From the NCBI GenBank assembly GCA_020631215.1, contig JAHDHS010000008.1, positions 13,110-77,109 on the forward strand: a DNA stretch of 64,000 nucleotides, read 5' to 3'. Under the pieces are notes generated by a model. It was not told the origin of the DNA, searched no databases, and worked only from the letters and a program-made list of their open reading frames with translations. The position numbers and the translations under genes were made by a program. Source of the stretch: Hellea sp. GTDB lineage: Bacteria > Pseudomonadota > Alphaproteobacteria > Caulobacterales > Maricaulaceae. Positions 55,066-63,185 of this stretch are shown here, in pieces. Each line of letters starts with the position of its first letter. Position 1 is the first letter of the stretch.

Positions 55066-55100
55066 GGCCCTGAAATCGTTACGGTTTTGGGGCCTTTTTT
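55066..55100 (+). terminator. Intrinsic terminator of rpsA
   Basis: GGCCCT...GGGGCC stem followed by six T. Confidence 0.6.
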
Positions 55101-55158
55101 GTGAAGTCGATATGAATAAGAGTTGACGCCCAAGGGCGAAATTTGCTTTATAGTCAAC

Positions 55159-55443
55159 ATGTTGCGTTCTGAACTCATTGACATCCTGCATGAGGAAAAC
55201 CCGCATTTGACGCGCAAGGACGTTGAACGCGTCGTCGCCGTCGTCCTCGAATCCGTCACCCAAACCCTAGAACGCGGTGCCCGTGTCGAGCTTCGCGGCT
55301 TCGGGGCTTTTTCTGTCCGGCATCGTCGCGCGCGCTCTGGACGCAATCCGCGTACGGGCGAAGATGTTTTTGTTCCGGAAAAACATGTGCCCTTTTTCAA
55401 GGCTGGTAAAGAGCTTCGCATCAAAATTGACGAATCCGTTTAG
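55159..55443 (+). CDS. ihfB: Integration host factor beta subunit
   Basis: Start at the ATG 55159 ([26 protein letters not shown]...[22 protein letters not shown]). HU/IHF fold with the beta-arm RNPRTGE. Confidence 0.93.
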   Translation: MLRSELIDILHEENPHLTRKDVERVVAVVLESVTQTLERGARVELRGFGAFSVRHRRARSGRNPRTGEDVFVPEKHVPFFKAGKELRIKIDESV

Positions 55444-55543
55444 GGTTCAATTTACACCCGTTTGATTGACGACAAGGCGTTGCTGTGCATATTCATGCTC
55501 AGTTCGCATTTGGGCGAATCACATTCTAAAGGGGGAATAAATC

Positions 55544-55957
55544 ATGGGAATGATTTCCGAATTTAAAGAGTTTGCCATGAAGGGCAACATGATGGACATG
55601 GCCGTCGGCATCATAATGGGTGGTGCGTTTGGGACTGTTATTAAATCACTCATCGAAGATGTTATCATGCCTGTCATCGGACATTTCAGTGGCGGTCTGG
55701 ATTTCAGTTCAAAAAAGATTGTGCTGACACCAGCACAAACTGACGCGGCTGGAGCGGTCATTGAGGGCACAGGTTCTGCGATTAGCTATGGGTCTTTTAT
55801 CAATGCAATGATCGCGTTTCTGATTTTGGCATGGGTTCTGTTTATGTTGATCAAAGGCATGAACAAAGCTAAAAAAGCAGAAGAAGAAGCGCCAGCGGCT
55901 CCGCCGGCTAATGAAGTGCTTCTGGCTGAAATTCGCGATCTTCTTGCGAAAAAATAA
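55544..55957 (+). CDS. mscL: Large-conductance mechanosensitive channel
   Basis: 137 aa. EFKEFAMKGNMMDMAVGIIMGGAFG N-terminus and MscL-type TM1/TM2. Confidence 0.95.
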   Translation: MGMISEFKEFAMKGNMMDMAVGIIMGGAFGTVIKSLIEDVIMPVIGHFSGGLDFSSKKIVLTPAQTDAAGAVIEGTGSAISYGSFINAMIAFLILAWVLFMLIKGMNKAKKAEEEAPAAPPANEVLLAEIRDLLAKK

Positions 55958-55979
55958 TTTCATACAGATATGATTTTGA

Positions 55980-56006
55980 GCCCGCCAGACATGGCGGGCT
56001 TTTTTT
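55980..56006 (+). terminator. Intrinsic terminator of mscL
   Basis: GCCCGCC-AGACAT-GGCGGGC followed by seven T. Confidence 0.8.
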
Positions 56007-56047
56007 GTGCCGCCATCTATTCTAGAGTGATTAAGATTGGGGGTATC

Positions 56048-57118
56048 ATGAAAAAGATATTTTTGGCTGTCATAGGTTTGTTGGCTGTGTTGGCAGCCTA
56101 TTTGCTCGCTTGGCCTGTTCCAATTGATCCGGTTCCGTGGCAGCCGCCGATTAATCGCGGCTATGTCGGGGATTTTAAGCCAAATACTGATTTGGCGGAT
56201 TTGGAACGCATCGCCATCGGCGATATACATGGCCCCGAAGATATCGTTATCCAGAATGGTTATGCTTATGTCTCTTCTCAGGAAGGCAAGATCATCCGCA
56301 TCGACCTTTCGAATCTGGCCCATGAGGATTTTGCTGATACCAAGGGTTCGGCTTTGGGTTTGGAATTTGATGCGTCGGGTAATTTGATCATTGCCGACGC
56401 CTATCGCGGCCTTCTTTCTGTCGGCCCGGATGGTCACGTCACGACCTTGACGAATGTAGTGGACGACACACCGATTCTTTACGCAGATGATTTGGATATT
56501 GCCGATGATGGGGTGATCTATTTCTCTGATGCCTCGACCAAATTTGGCGCTGAGGCGGCGGGCAGCACCATGGCGGGGAGCCTTTTGGAAATACTTGAAC
56601 ATGGCCGAACAGGCCGGCTGCTGGCTTATGACCCCAATAGTGGCCAGACACGGGTTATCAGAAATGGTTATGCCTTTTCCAATGGCGTGGCGATTCATCC
56701 TGACGGTGACATTCTGGTCAATGAGACTGGCGAATATCGTATCCTGAAAGTCAACCCTAAGACGGGCAAACAAACCGTCTTTATCGATAATCTCCCGGGA
56801 TTTCCGGATAATATCAATCGCGGGCCTGATGACACCTTCCTGGTGGGTATCGTGAGCAAGCGGTCTGATTGGATCGATGAAAATGCCCAAAACATTTTGG
56901 CGCGTAAGATTGCCCTGCGTTTGCCCGAAGCCTTTCGCGCCAAGGCAGTTGATTATGGTTTTATCATCCAGCTCGACGCGAATGGTTCGGTATTGCGCAC
57001 ATGGCAAGACCCCGATGCAGGCTACCCGGCGACGACGGGCGCGATTATGCATGACGGCTATTTATATGTGTCCAGCTTGACGGCGCCTGATTTGGGCCGC
57101 AAGAGACTGGTGCAATAG
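56048..57118 (+). CDS. Strictosidine synthase-like / SMP-30 family beta-propeller protein, membrane-anchored
   Basis: Start moved to the ATG at 56048, after the mscL terminator (MKKIFLAVIGLLAVLAAYLLAW). GPEDI, LGLEFDASGNLIIADAYRGLL, YFSDAS, NGYAFSNGVA motifs of the SSL/APMAP-like family. Confidence 0.82.
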   Translation: MKKIFLAVIGLLAVLAAYLLAWPVPIDPVPWQPPINRGYVGDFKPNTDLADLERIAIGDIHGPEDIVIQNGYAYVSSQEGKIIRIDLSNLAHEDFADTKGSALGLEFDASGNLIIADAYRGLLSVGPDGHVTTLTNVVDDTPILYADDLDIADDGVIYFSDASTKFGAEAAGSTMAGSLLEILEHGRTGRLLAYDPNSGQTRVIRNGYAFSNGVAIHPDGDILVNETGEYRILKVNPKTGKQTVFIDNLPGFPDNINRGPDDTFLVGIVSKRSDWIDENAQNILARKIALRLPEAFRAKAVDYGFIIQLDANGSVLRTWQDPDAGYPATTGAIMHDGYLYVSSLTAPDLGRKRLVQ

Positions 57119-57132
57119 ATAAGGAGACCTTC

Positions 57133-57522
57133 ATGCGCCAAGCCTTCAAGATCATTCTCATGATCCTATCACTCATACCACTTTTCTTTGCGGTGACGGG
57201 ATTGCTTGGCGGAGCCGCGCAATTTGGCGATACAGTATCTGCACCGCTGGATAATCAATTTCGCTATCTGTCTGCATTCTATTTGATCCTATTTTTGCTG
57301 ATCTGGTATGTGCTGGCCAATATTGAAGAGCGCGGTACGGTCTTAAGACTGGCTATAGTAGCTATCTTCATTGGCGGCCTCGCGCGGCTATATTCATATG
57401 TGAATGTGGGAACGCCTGAGCCGATACAAATGGCCGGCATGTTTCTAGAGCTGGGATCGCCTCTGATTGCGCTGTGGCATAGAATAATCGTGAATAATCC
57501 AAAATACGGGAAAATAGCATGA
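57133..57522 (+). CDS. DUF4345-like membrane protein
   Basis: 129 aa, four TM helices. 4-bp overlap with the next gene. Confidence 0.55.
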   Translation: MRQAFKIILMILSLIPLFFAVTGLLGGAAQFGDTVSAPLDNQFRYLSAFYLILFLLIWYVLANIEERGTVLRLAIVAIFIGGLARLYSYVNVGTPEPIQMAGMFLELGSPLIALWHRIIVNNPKYGKIA

Positions 57523-58685
57523 GAAAAGAATTTGACGTCGTCATCTATGGCGCAACTGGATTTACAGGTCGCTTGGTCGCGGAATATCTGGAAAAGGAAT
57601 ATGGCGGCGATTTGCGCTGGGCCATGGCCGGACGCTCGGAAGAGAAGCTGAAATCCGTCAGAGACGAGATGGGCGTCTCTGATGATGTGGCGTTGATTGT
57701 GGCCGACTCCAACAATCCGCAAAGCTTAAGCGATATGTGCGCAAGTACCAGAGCTGTTGTCACAACGGTCGGGCCATATCAGCTTTACGGTGAACCCCTG
57801 GTCAAGGCTGCGGTTGAGACCGGAACGGATTATGTCGATCTCTGCGGGGAACCGGCCTGGATGAAAGATATCATCCGCGACTATGACGATCAGGCCAAGC
57901 AAAGCGGCGCGCGGATCGTGCTGTCCTGCGGCTTTGACTCCATCCCCTTTGATCTGGGCGTCTATCATTTGCAGCAACATGCCAAGGATGTTCAAGGTGA
58001 GCCTTGCGGCCGCGTGCGCGGACGTGTGCGCAAAATGAAAGGCACTTTCTCGGGCGGCACGGCCGCCAGTTTTATGGAAACTATGAAACGCGCCGGACAG
58101 CAGCCCGAAGTTCTGGACTGGCTGAAAGACCCCTTTACGCTTGTGCCCGGTTTTGACGGCCCGCCGCAACCGCCCGGACATAAGCCAATCCATGAAGAGG
58201 ATTTGGGCAGCTGGTCTGCGCCGTTCATCATGGCGTCGATCAATACCAAAAATATACACCGCTCCAACGCTCTGATGGATCACGCCTATGGTCAGGATTT
58301 TGTCTATGATGAAATGATGCTCACTGGCTCCGGGGAACAGGGGGAGCAAATCGCGCAAGGCATCGCCAAGGGCAATGCGTTTGGTGACAACCCGCCCAAG
58401 CCGGGTGAGGGGCCTTCCAAAGAAGAACGCGAGACCGGGTTTTATGACGTGCTGTTCATTGGCGACGGAAAAGACGGGCCGATCATGGCGAGCGTCAAAG
58501 GGGATAAGGATCCGGGTTATGGGTCGACCTCCAAAATGATTGCCGAGGCGGCTTTATGCCTCGCGCAAGATATCAGCCATGATGAAACCCCGGGCGGAGT
58601 TTACACGAGCGCCCCCGCCATGGGCAGCAAGCTGATTGACCGTCTGCAAAATCATGCCGGCCTGACTTTTGCGATTGAGTCATAA
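57519..58685 (+). CDS. Saccharopine dehydrogenase-like NAD(P)-binding oxidoreductase
   Basis: 388 aa. Rossmann motif VVIYGATGFTGRLVAEYL and VTTVGPY. Confidence 0.85.
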   Translation: MRKEFDVVIYGATGFTGRLVAEYLEKEYGGDLRWAMAGRSEEKLKSVRDEMGVSDDVALIVADSNNPQSLSDMCASTRAVVTTVGPYQLYGEPLVKAAVETGTDYVDLCGEPAWMKDIIRDYDDQAKQSGARIVLSCGFDSIPFDLGVYHLQQHAKDVQGEPCGRVRGRVRKMKGTFSGGTAASFMETMKRAGQQPEVLDWLKDPFTLVPGFDGPPQPPGHKPIHEEDLGSWSAPFIMASINTKNIHRSNALMDHAYGQDFVYDEMMLTGSGEQGEQIAQGIAKGNAFGDNPPKPGEGPSKEERETGFYDVLFIGDGKDGPIMASVKGDKDPGYGSTSKMIAEAALCLAQDISHDETPGGVYTSAPAMGSKLIDRLQNHAGLTFAIES

Positions 58686-58760
58686 ATCCTAAAAGAATAA
58701 CCCGCCCCTCAAATTGAGAGGCGGGCCCACTCCTCGGGGAGAGGAATATTTATCCGGGCC

Positions 58761-59159
58761 TTAGTTTCCGGACTGGTTGGTAATTTGGGCCATACGCACA
58801 GTCAGGGCGGCCTTATTGGCCGAGGCGACATCATTATCCGGCTTCAAATCAAGCGCTGCCTGACAGGCCTCGCCGGCTTTCTCCAGCTCGCCCAACATCG
58901 CGTAGGACGCGCAAATATTGGACTGCGCCACAGAGGCCCGCGAAGAGGACAGACCTTTGCGCAGTGCCTGCTGGTTCAAGCGGACAGAGCGTTCATAGTC
59001 GCCTTTCTTAAAGGCCTTTACGGCTACGCGCACGGCCGGGTTGGTGGTCCGTTCAACGTTAAAGCTTTGACTGGTCTCTCCGGCAAAGGCGGCGGGGGAC
59101 AGGGCGATGGCTGCAGCGGTGGCACCCGCTAACACCAAATTTTTCATTGTTTTAGTCAT
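58761..59159 (-). CDS. Secreted TPR-like repeat protein
   Basis: Start moved to the ATG at 59159, with AGGAG 6 nt upstream. Signal peptide MTKTMKNLVLAGATAAAIALSPAAFA. TPR-like helices. Confidence 0.65.
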   Translation of the reverse strand: MTKTMKNLVLAGATAAAIALSPAAFAGETSQSFNVERTTNPAVRVAVKAFKKGDYERSVRLNQQALRKGLSSSRASVAQSNICASYAMLGELEKAGEACQAALDLKPDNDVASANKAALTVRMAQITNQSGN

Positions 59160-59250
59160 CTCGATCTCCTTTCGTGTGACAATTTTCACCTAACAATAAA
59201 CAAAAAAGAATGAAATTGACAAAATCAGAACATATGCTATTCACAATCGT

Positions 59251-60213
59251 ATGAAGCACTGGTCTGATTATCCAATTTTGTTGGCAGTAGCCGAAACGGG
59301 CAGCCTCACCGCCGCCGGCAAAAAGCTCGGCATGAGCCAACCCACAGTCGGGCGGCGCATCCGCGCCCTCGAAGATCACTACGGCACGCCGCTCCTCAAA
59401 CGTGAAGAGGGCGGCCTTGTCCCGACCCGCTTTGGCGTCTCTATGCTGGATCATATTACGCGCATGCAGGAAGAGGCGGATGCGATTGAACGCTCCTCGG
59501 CGACTTTGGACCATTCTCTGGCGGGCGTCGTGCGTCTGTCCGGAACCGAAGGCGTTGGCACAATGTGGCTGCCAAAAGTTTTGCAGGTCTTTCGCGAGGA
59601 TCATCCCGATATTCAATTTGATCTGGGCATTGGGTTTCGCAGTTTTAACCTGGCCCAAAGAGAGGCCGATATCGCCCTGCGCTGGAGCAGCCCCGGAGAT
59701 CAGAACAGCCTGATCGCCCGTAAAGTGGCCTCTGTCACCTTTGGCATGTTTGCTTCGGCATCCTATGTCCAGCGCCGCGGCATACCGCAAACGCTGGAGG
59801 AATTGCGTGAACATGACGGCGTGTCCCTGACGATTATGGACGGGCAGTCGCTGTGGAAACATGATAATTATGACAAGGCGGATTACATCCCCAAGCGCAT
59901 GGCGTTTCAAACGGATTCCGTCTGGGCCTATGATGAAGCCATCGCAAATGGGTTCGGGATTGGTATGCTGCCGCTCTGTAACAGCTGCGCCTGTGAGCGG
60001 GACAGCTTTGTCCGTATTTTGCCGAATGTCCAACATCAAGAGGCCCTCTATCTGGTCTCGCATGAGGATTTGCGGCGCAGCCAGCGCATTCGCGCGGTAT
60101 ATGATTTTCTGGCAGAGGCTTTTCGCGAAGACACGGATTATTTCCTTAATGGGGGTGTGTCAAAATTCATAGGCGACATCGGCCACCACACGCGCTTAAT
60201 TGCGGCGGAATAA
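59251..60213 (+). CDS. LysR family transcriptional regulator
   Basis: 320 aa. N-terminal wHTH LLAVAETGSLTAAGKKLGMSQPTVGRRIRALE. Confidence 0.92.
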   Translation: MKHWSDYPILLAVAETGSLTAAGKKLGMSQPTVGRRIRALEDHYGTPLLKREEGGLVPTRFGVSMLDHITRMQEEADAIERSSATLDHSLAGVVRLSGTEGVGTMWLPKVLQVFREDHPDIQFDLGIGFRSFNLAQREADIALRWSSPGDQNSLIARKVASVTFGMFASASYVQRRGIPQTLEELREHDGVSLTIMDGQSLWKHDNYDKADYIPKRMAFQTDSVWAYDEAIANGFGIGMLPLCNSCACERDSFVRILPNVQHQEALYLVSHEDLRRSQRIRAVYDFLAEAFREDTDYFLNGGVSKFIGDIGHHTRLIAAE

Positions 60214-60236
60214 CACCCCGCAAAGGCCGGACAGCC

Positions 60237-61001
60237 ATGGCAGATAAAAATATTGATTTCGGATTTGAGGACATTCCCGAATCCGAAAAAGTGACCCGTG
60301 TCAAAGGCGTCTTTGACGCGGTCGCGGGCAATTACGATTTGATGAATGACGCGATGAGCGTCGGTATCCACCGCGTCTGGAAAAACCTGACCATCACCAA
60401 ACTTAATCCGCAACCAGGAGAGGCTTTGCTCGATGTGGCGGGCGGCACAGGGGATCTTGCGCGCCGCTTTATCACCGCCGCCGATGAGGTCAGACAGCGC
60501 CGGGGCGGAGAGCGGGCCAGCGCCGTCATCTGTGACATTAATGATGAAATGCTGCTGGCCGGTATTGATCCGCGCAAAGACACAGATATGGATTTGACCC
60601 GGATTTGCGGCAATGCCGAAAAACTGCCCTTCGAAGATGCGCGCTTTGATGTGGTCACTATTGCCTTTGGGATTCGCAATGTCACAGACCGTGATGCCGC
60701 GCTGCGGGAATTTTACCGCGTGCTGAAACCCGGCGGGCGTTTGGGCGTGCTGGAATTTTCGACCCCGCCGGCGGAATGGCTGCGCAAATTTTATGACGCT
60801 TATTCTTTCAATGTCATCCCGCGTCTGGGACAGGTGATCGCCGGCGATAAGGACAGCTATCAATATCTGGTCGAATCCATCCGCCGCTTCCCGCGTCAGG
60901 AACCTTTCGCTGAAATGGTCAATGCCGCCGGTTTCGCTCAGGTCAACTGGCAAGACTATTCCGGCGGCATTGCCTGCCTGCATACAGGCTGGAAGATTTA
61001 A
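60237..61001 (+). CDS. ubiE: Ubiquinone/menaquinone biosynthesis C-methyltransferase UbiE
   Basis: 254 aa. YDLMNDAMSVGIHRVWK, LLDVAGGTGD, FGIRNV, LKPGGRLGVLEFS. Confidence 0.95.
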   Translation: MADKNIDFGFEDIPESEKVTRVKGVFDAVAGNYDLMNDAMSVGIHRVWKNLTITKLNPQPGEALLDVAGGTGDLARRFITAADEVRQRRGGERASAVICDINDEMLLAGIDPRKDTDMDLTRICGNAEKLPFEDARFDVVTIAFGIRNVTDRDAALREFYRVLKPGGRLGVLEFSTPPAEWLRKFYDAYSFNVIPRLGQVIAGDKDSYQYLVESIRRFPRQEPFAEMVNAAGFAQVNWQDYSGGIACLHTGWKI

Positions 61002-61043
61002 GCGGTTCTCTGAACCCATCCCGGCCCTTTCTTTTTGCTGTGC

Positions 61044-61158
61044 AATGACATCTCTTTCTCTGTCATCCCGGAGGAGGCCCAAGGCCGACATCCGGGACCT
61101 CTTAACTGTTTGCGGGTCAAGAGGTCAGCCGTAAACGGCCGCTTGTGCGGGATGACAG
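61044..61158. repeat. Nested inverted-repeat (REP/MITE-like) element downstream of ubiE
   Basis: Perfect 11-bp arms CTGTCATCCCG (61060..61070) / CGGGATGACAG (61148..61158). Inner 8-bp arms GACCTCTT (61096..61103) / AAGAGGTC (61119..61126). TCCCGGA...TCCGGGA pair. An extra ATGACA copy at 61045..61050. Confidence 0.55.
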
Positions 61159-61176
61159 TGTTTTTAATTTGGGTTA

Positions 61177-61875
61177 TTAAATCGGCGGTCTGTCTATGGG
61201 CGGGGCATGGCCTGTGGGGGGGAAGCCGCCATCCGGGGATGGGGCGTAGCCGCTGCTGAAAGCGGGCCTGGGACTGATTTCATCCGGTGTGACTTCCAGC
61301 GGTAAGAACCGCATTTCATAACGGCGGGTGACTTTGGGTTCGGTGGGATTTGTTGGCGCCTTGGGTTTGCGCTTGGGCGGGTTTTCCATGGGGCCTGTCT
61401 TGATGACGGCGAGGCGGTAGTGACCATTGCGGTCTGTTTTGGGCTGCCATTTGCAAGGGGTCTTGCGGGGATAGGATTTCGCGGGCTTGTCAAAGTCCGG
61501 CATGGGGACATCCGCATAAGGATCAGGGCGGTTACGATTGGCGCGCTCGATCATCGCCCCGCGCCTGCGACGCTCCCACAGAACCATAGCCACTTTCCCG
61601 CCCAGATCATATCTGACTTGTTTGCGTAGGTCCGGGCTGTGTTTCAACGCCTCGCGCCGCTCATAAAGACGAAACTTGTAATTCATCCGCGTCATGCGCC
61701 GGACATATCTCTGCATCTGGGCGGCATATTTCAAAACCAGTTTCAAATCCGACCCCGCCCCTTCGATAAGGCGCAGATAGGTCATAATCATCACGTCCAT
61801 GACCCGGGTGATATAGTCCGTTAGGGACAAAGCCTCCGCATCAGCCTCGATATGTGTCTCATCTCTCACCCCCAA
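61177..61875 (-). CDS. Hypothetical basic, Pro-rich protein
   Basis: 232 aa track ORF with a TTG start; internal ATGs are possible. Arg/Lys-rich middle and Pro-rich C-terminus. Ordinary GC content. No family recognised. Confidence 0.45.
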   Translation of the reverse strand: MGVRDETHIEADAEALSLTDYITRVMDVMIMTYLRLIEGAGSDLKLVLKYAAQMQRYVRRMTRMNYKFRLYERREALKHSPDLRKQVRYDLGGKVAMVLWERRRRGAMIERANRNRPDPYADVPMPDFDKPAKSYPRKTPCKWQPKTDRNGHYRLAVIKTGPMENPPKRKPKAPTNPTEPKVTRRYEMRFLPLEVTPDEISPRPAFSSGYAPSPDGGFPPTGHAPPIDRPPI

Positions 61876-62312
61876 AACCCTCCCACAGAAATTGAGGATG
61901 AGGATATAAATGGATGATTATTTTATAAGCGGTTGAAAAGGCATAGGGAAATTTGAGGGAAAATGTGGAAAGAAATCGAAACGGTTCGGCGGCCTACTAG
62001 GATGGTTTGTGCGGCGTGCCTTGCGACGAGCTGGATTTTCTAGTTTTGCGCCCGCCTAAAATGAATTCATCATCATGAGCCATACAATGACTATAGCAGA
62101 TTTTGGCTGCAGAGTCTTTGAGGTAAAGAAGGCGTAAATTACAGGCTTCGGAGACGGTCTGGCGTTAGCCAGATAAATCATTCCGGGGGAATGATTTTAG
62201 GCGCAGAAGGCCACGGCAGTGGTAGAATAAAAAGGGGGGCCATAAAATAAGTCGTAATTATAGAACTTTAGCGTCGAAGTGGGCCACAAAGCACGCTTCG
62301 CTTTATCTTGCT

Positions 62313-62795
62313 CTACAACTTTTTTTGCCCTTTTCCCGATAACTCCTCTAAAAAATCATCACAATTCTTCAAAGCTTCTTCGTTATTTTTTTTAATCAAT
62401 ACTAATTTTCTCACTTTATCGATAGCGTCAATGATTAGCTTGCGTTCAATTAGGTTTCTCCGTCCCAAGACCCCAAGGCCAGAAGTCATGGAGTATAAGA
62501 CCTCAACACTGTTAGATCTAGAAAGTCTTGACATAATTTCAGGGAAAGATTCGGATAGATGCATACGAACTGTACATGCGTCTATCGCAAAAAATGCAAT
62601 ATCATCATCGTCTGATGATATTAACTTTAGAGCAGCAGACTTAATCTCTTCGGGATTATTTCTGCCGCGTCCTGAATCTGACGCAACCTTCATAGCAAAT
62701 TGAAGATGGTCACCCTCGGCCAGCATTTCTTCTAATGCCCTAATGAGTTCATCGGGGTCATCCTTTTTTCTTTTCTTGAAAAAATTGAAAGTCAC
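62313..62795 (-). CDS. Hypothetical helical protein, candidate (orphan) immunity protein
   Basis: 160 aa, AT-rich gene downstream of the Rhs toxin/immunity pair on the same strand. All-helical, acidic. No motif recognised. Confidence 0.5.
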   Translation of the reverse strand: MTFNFFKKRKKDDPDELIRALEEMLAEGDHLQFAMKVASDSGRGRNNPEEIKSAALKLISSDDDDIAFFAIDACTVRMHLSESFPEIMSRLSRSNSVEVLYSMTSGLGVLGRRNLIERKLIIDAIDKVRKLVLIKKNNEEALKNCDDFLEELSGKGQKKL

Positions 62796-62873
62796 TTAAT
62801 TACCTAAAGCTTTGTTCATACGTTTAATAGCCTGATCAGGGCTTTTTGACAAAGACGACCTGGCTTGTATTAG

Positions 62874-63185
62874 CTAAAGCGCTTGATATTTGTGATTTAA
62901 AAATTCTTCAAATAGCTGGAAAAAATTATCTAAAGCATCAATGTCGTCAACTGAATGAAACAATATTATTTGAGACCAAGATTGGCTGGATTGAATTTTG
63001 AATCTTTCAGGTATCCAGTCTGTAAACTGGCTCCATGTTTCTATACCTTTTGTCTCTGTTCCCTTGGCGTACAGCCAGCCATCAATAAATGCCTTTAATT
63101 GAAAAATAGAACGACCCCCAATATACATTGGTGTGCGCTCTCTTATTTTTAAAACTAAATCAATGATGTTTTTCTCGTCGTTCAT
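62874..63185 (-). CDS. Candidate cognate immunity protein of the Rhs toxin tip
   Basis: 103 aa. The ATG at 63185 directly abuts the toxin stop codon (63186..63188). AT-rich. Confidence 0.6.
   Translation of the reverse strand: MNDEKNIIDLVLKIRERTPMYIGGRSIFQLKAFIDGWLYAKGTETKGIETWSQFTDWIPERFKIQSSQSWSQIILFHSVDDIDALDNFFQLFEEFLNHKYQAL

Noticed and set aside
55113-55150. Sigma-70-like promoter TTGACG ... TATAGT upstream of ihfB
   Set aside because: The spacer is 18 nt if the -10 is taken as TTTATA, but 20 nt if it is the better hexamer TATAGT. That is too ambiguous to report as a feature without transcription-start data.
55709-57052. 447-aa minus-strand ORF, the second-longest unexplained frame in the track
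   Set aside because: It is entirely antisense to mscL and the strictosidine-synthase-like gene, both of which have clear family motifs. Its product is Arg/Ile-rich with no motif, a typical shadow ORF of a GC-biased coding region.
59152-61091. Two long minus-strand ORFs (59152..60063, 303 aa; 60138..61091, 317 aa)
   Set aside because: They are antisense to the LysR regulator and ubiE, both unambiguous on the plus strand. No motifs, and an Arg/Gly/Ala-rich composition typical of shadow frames.
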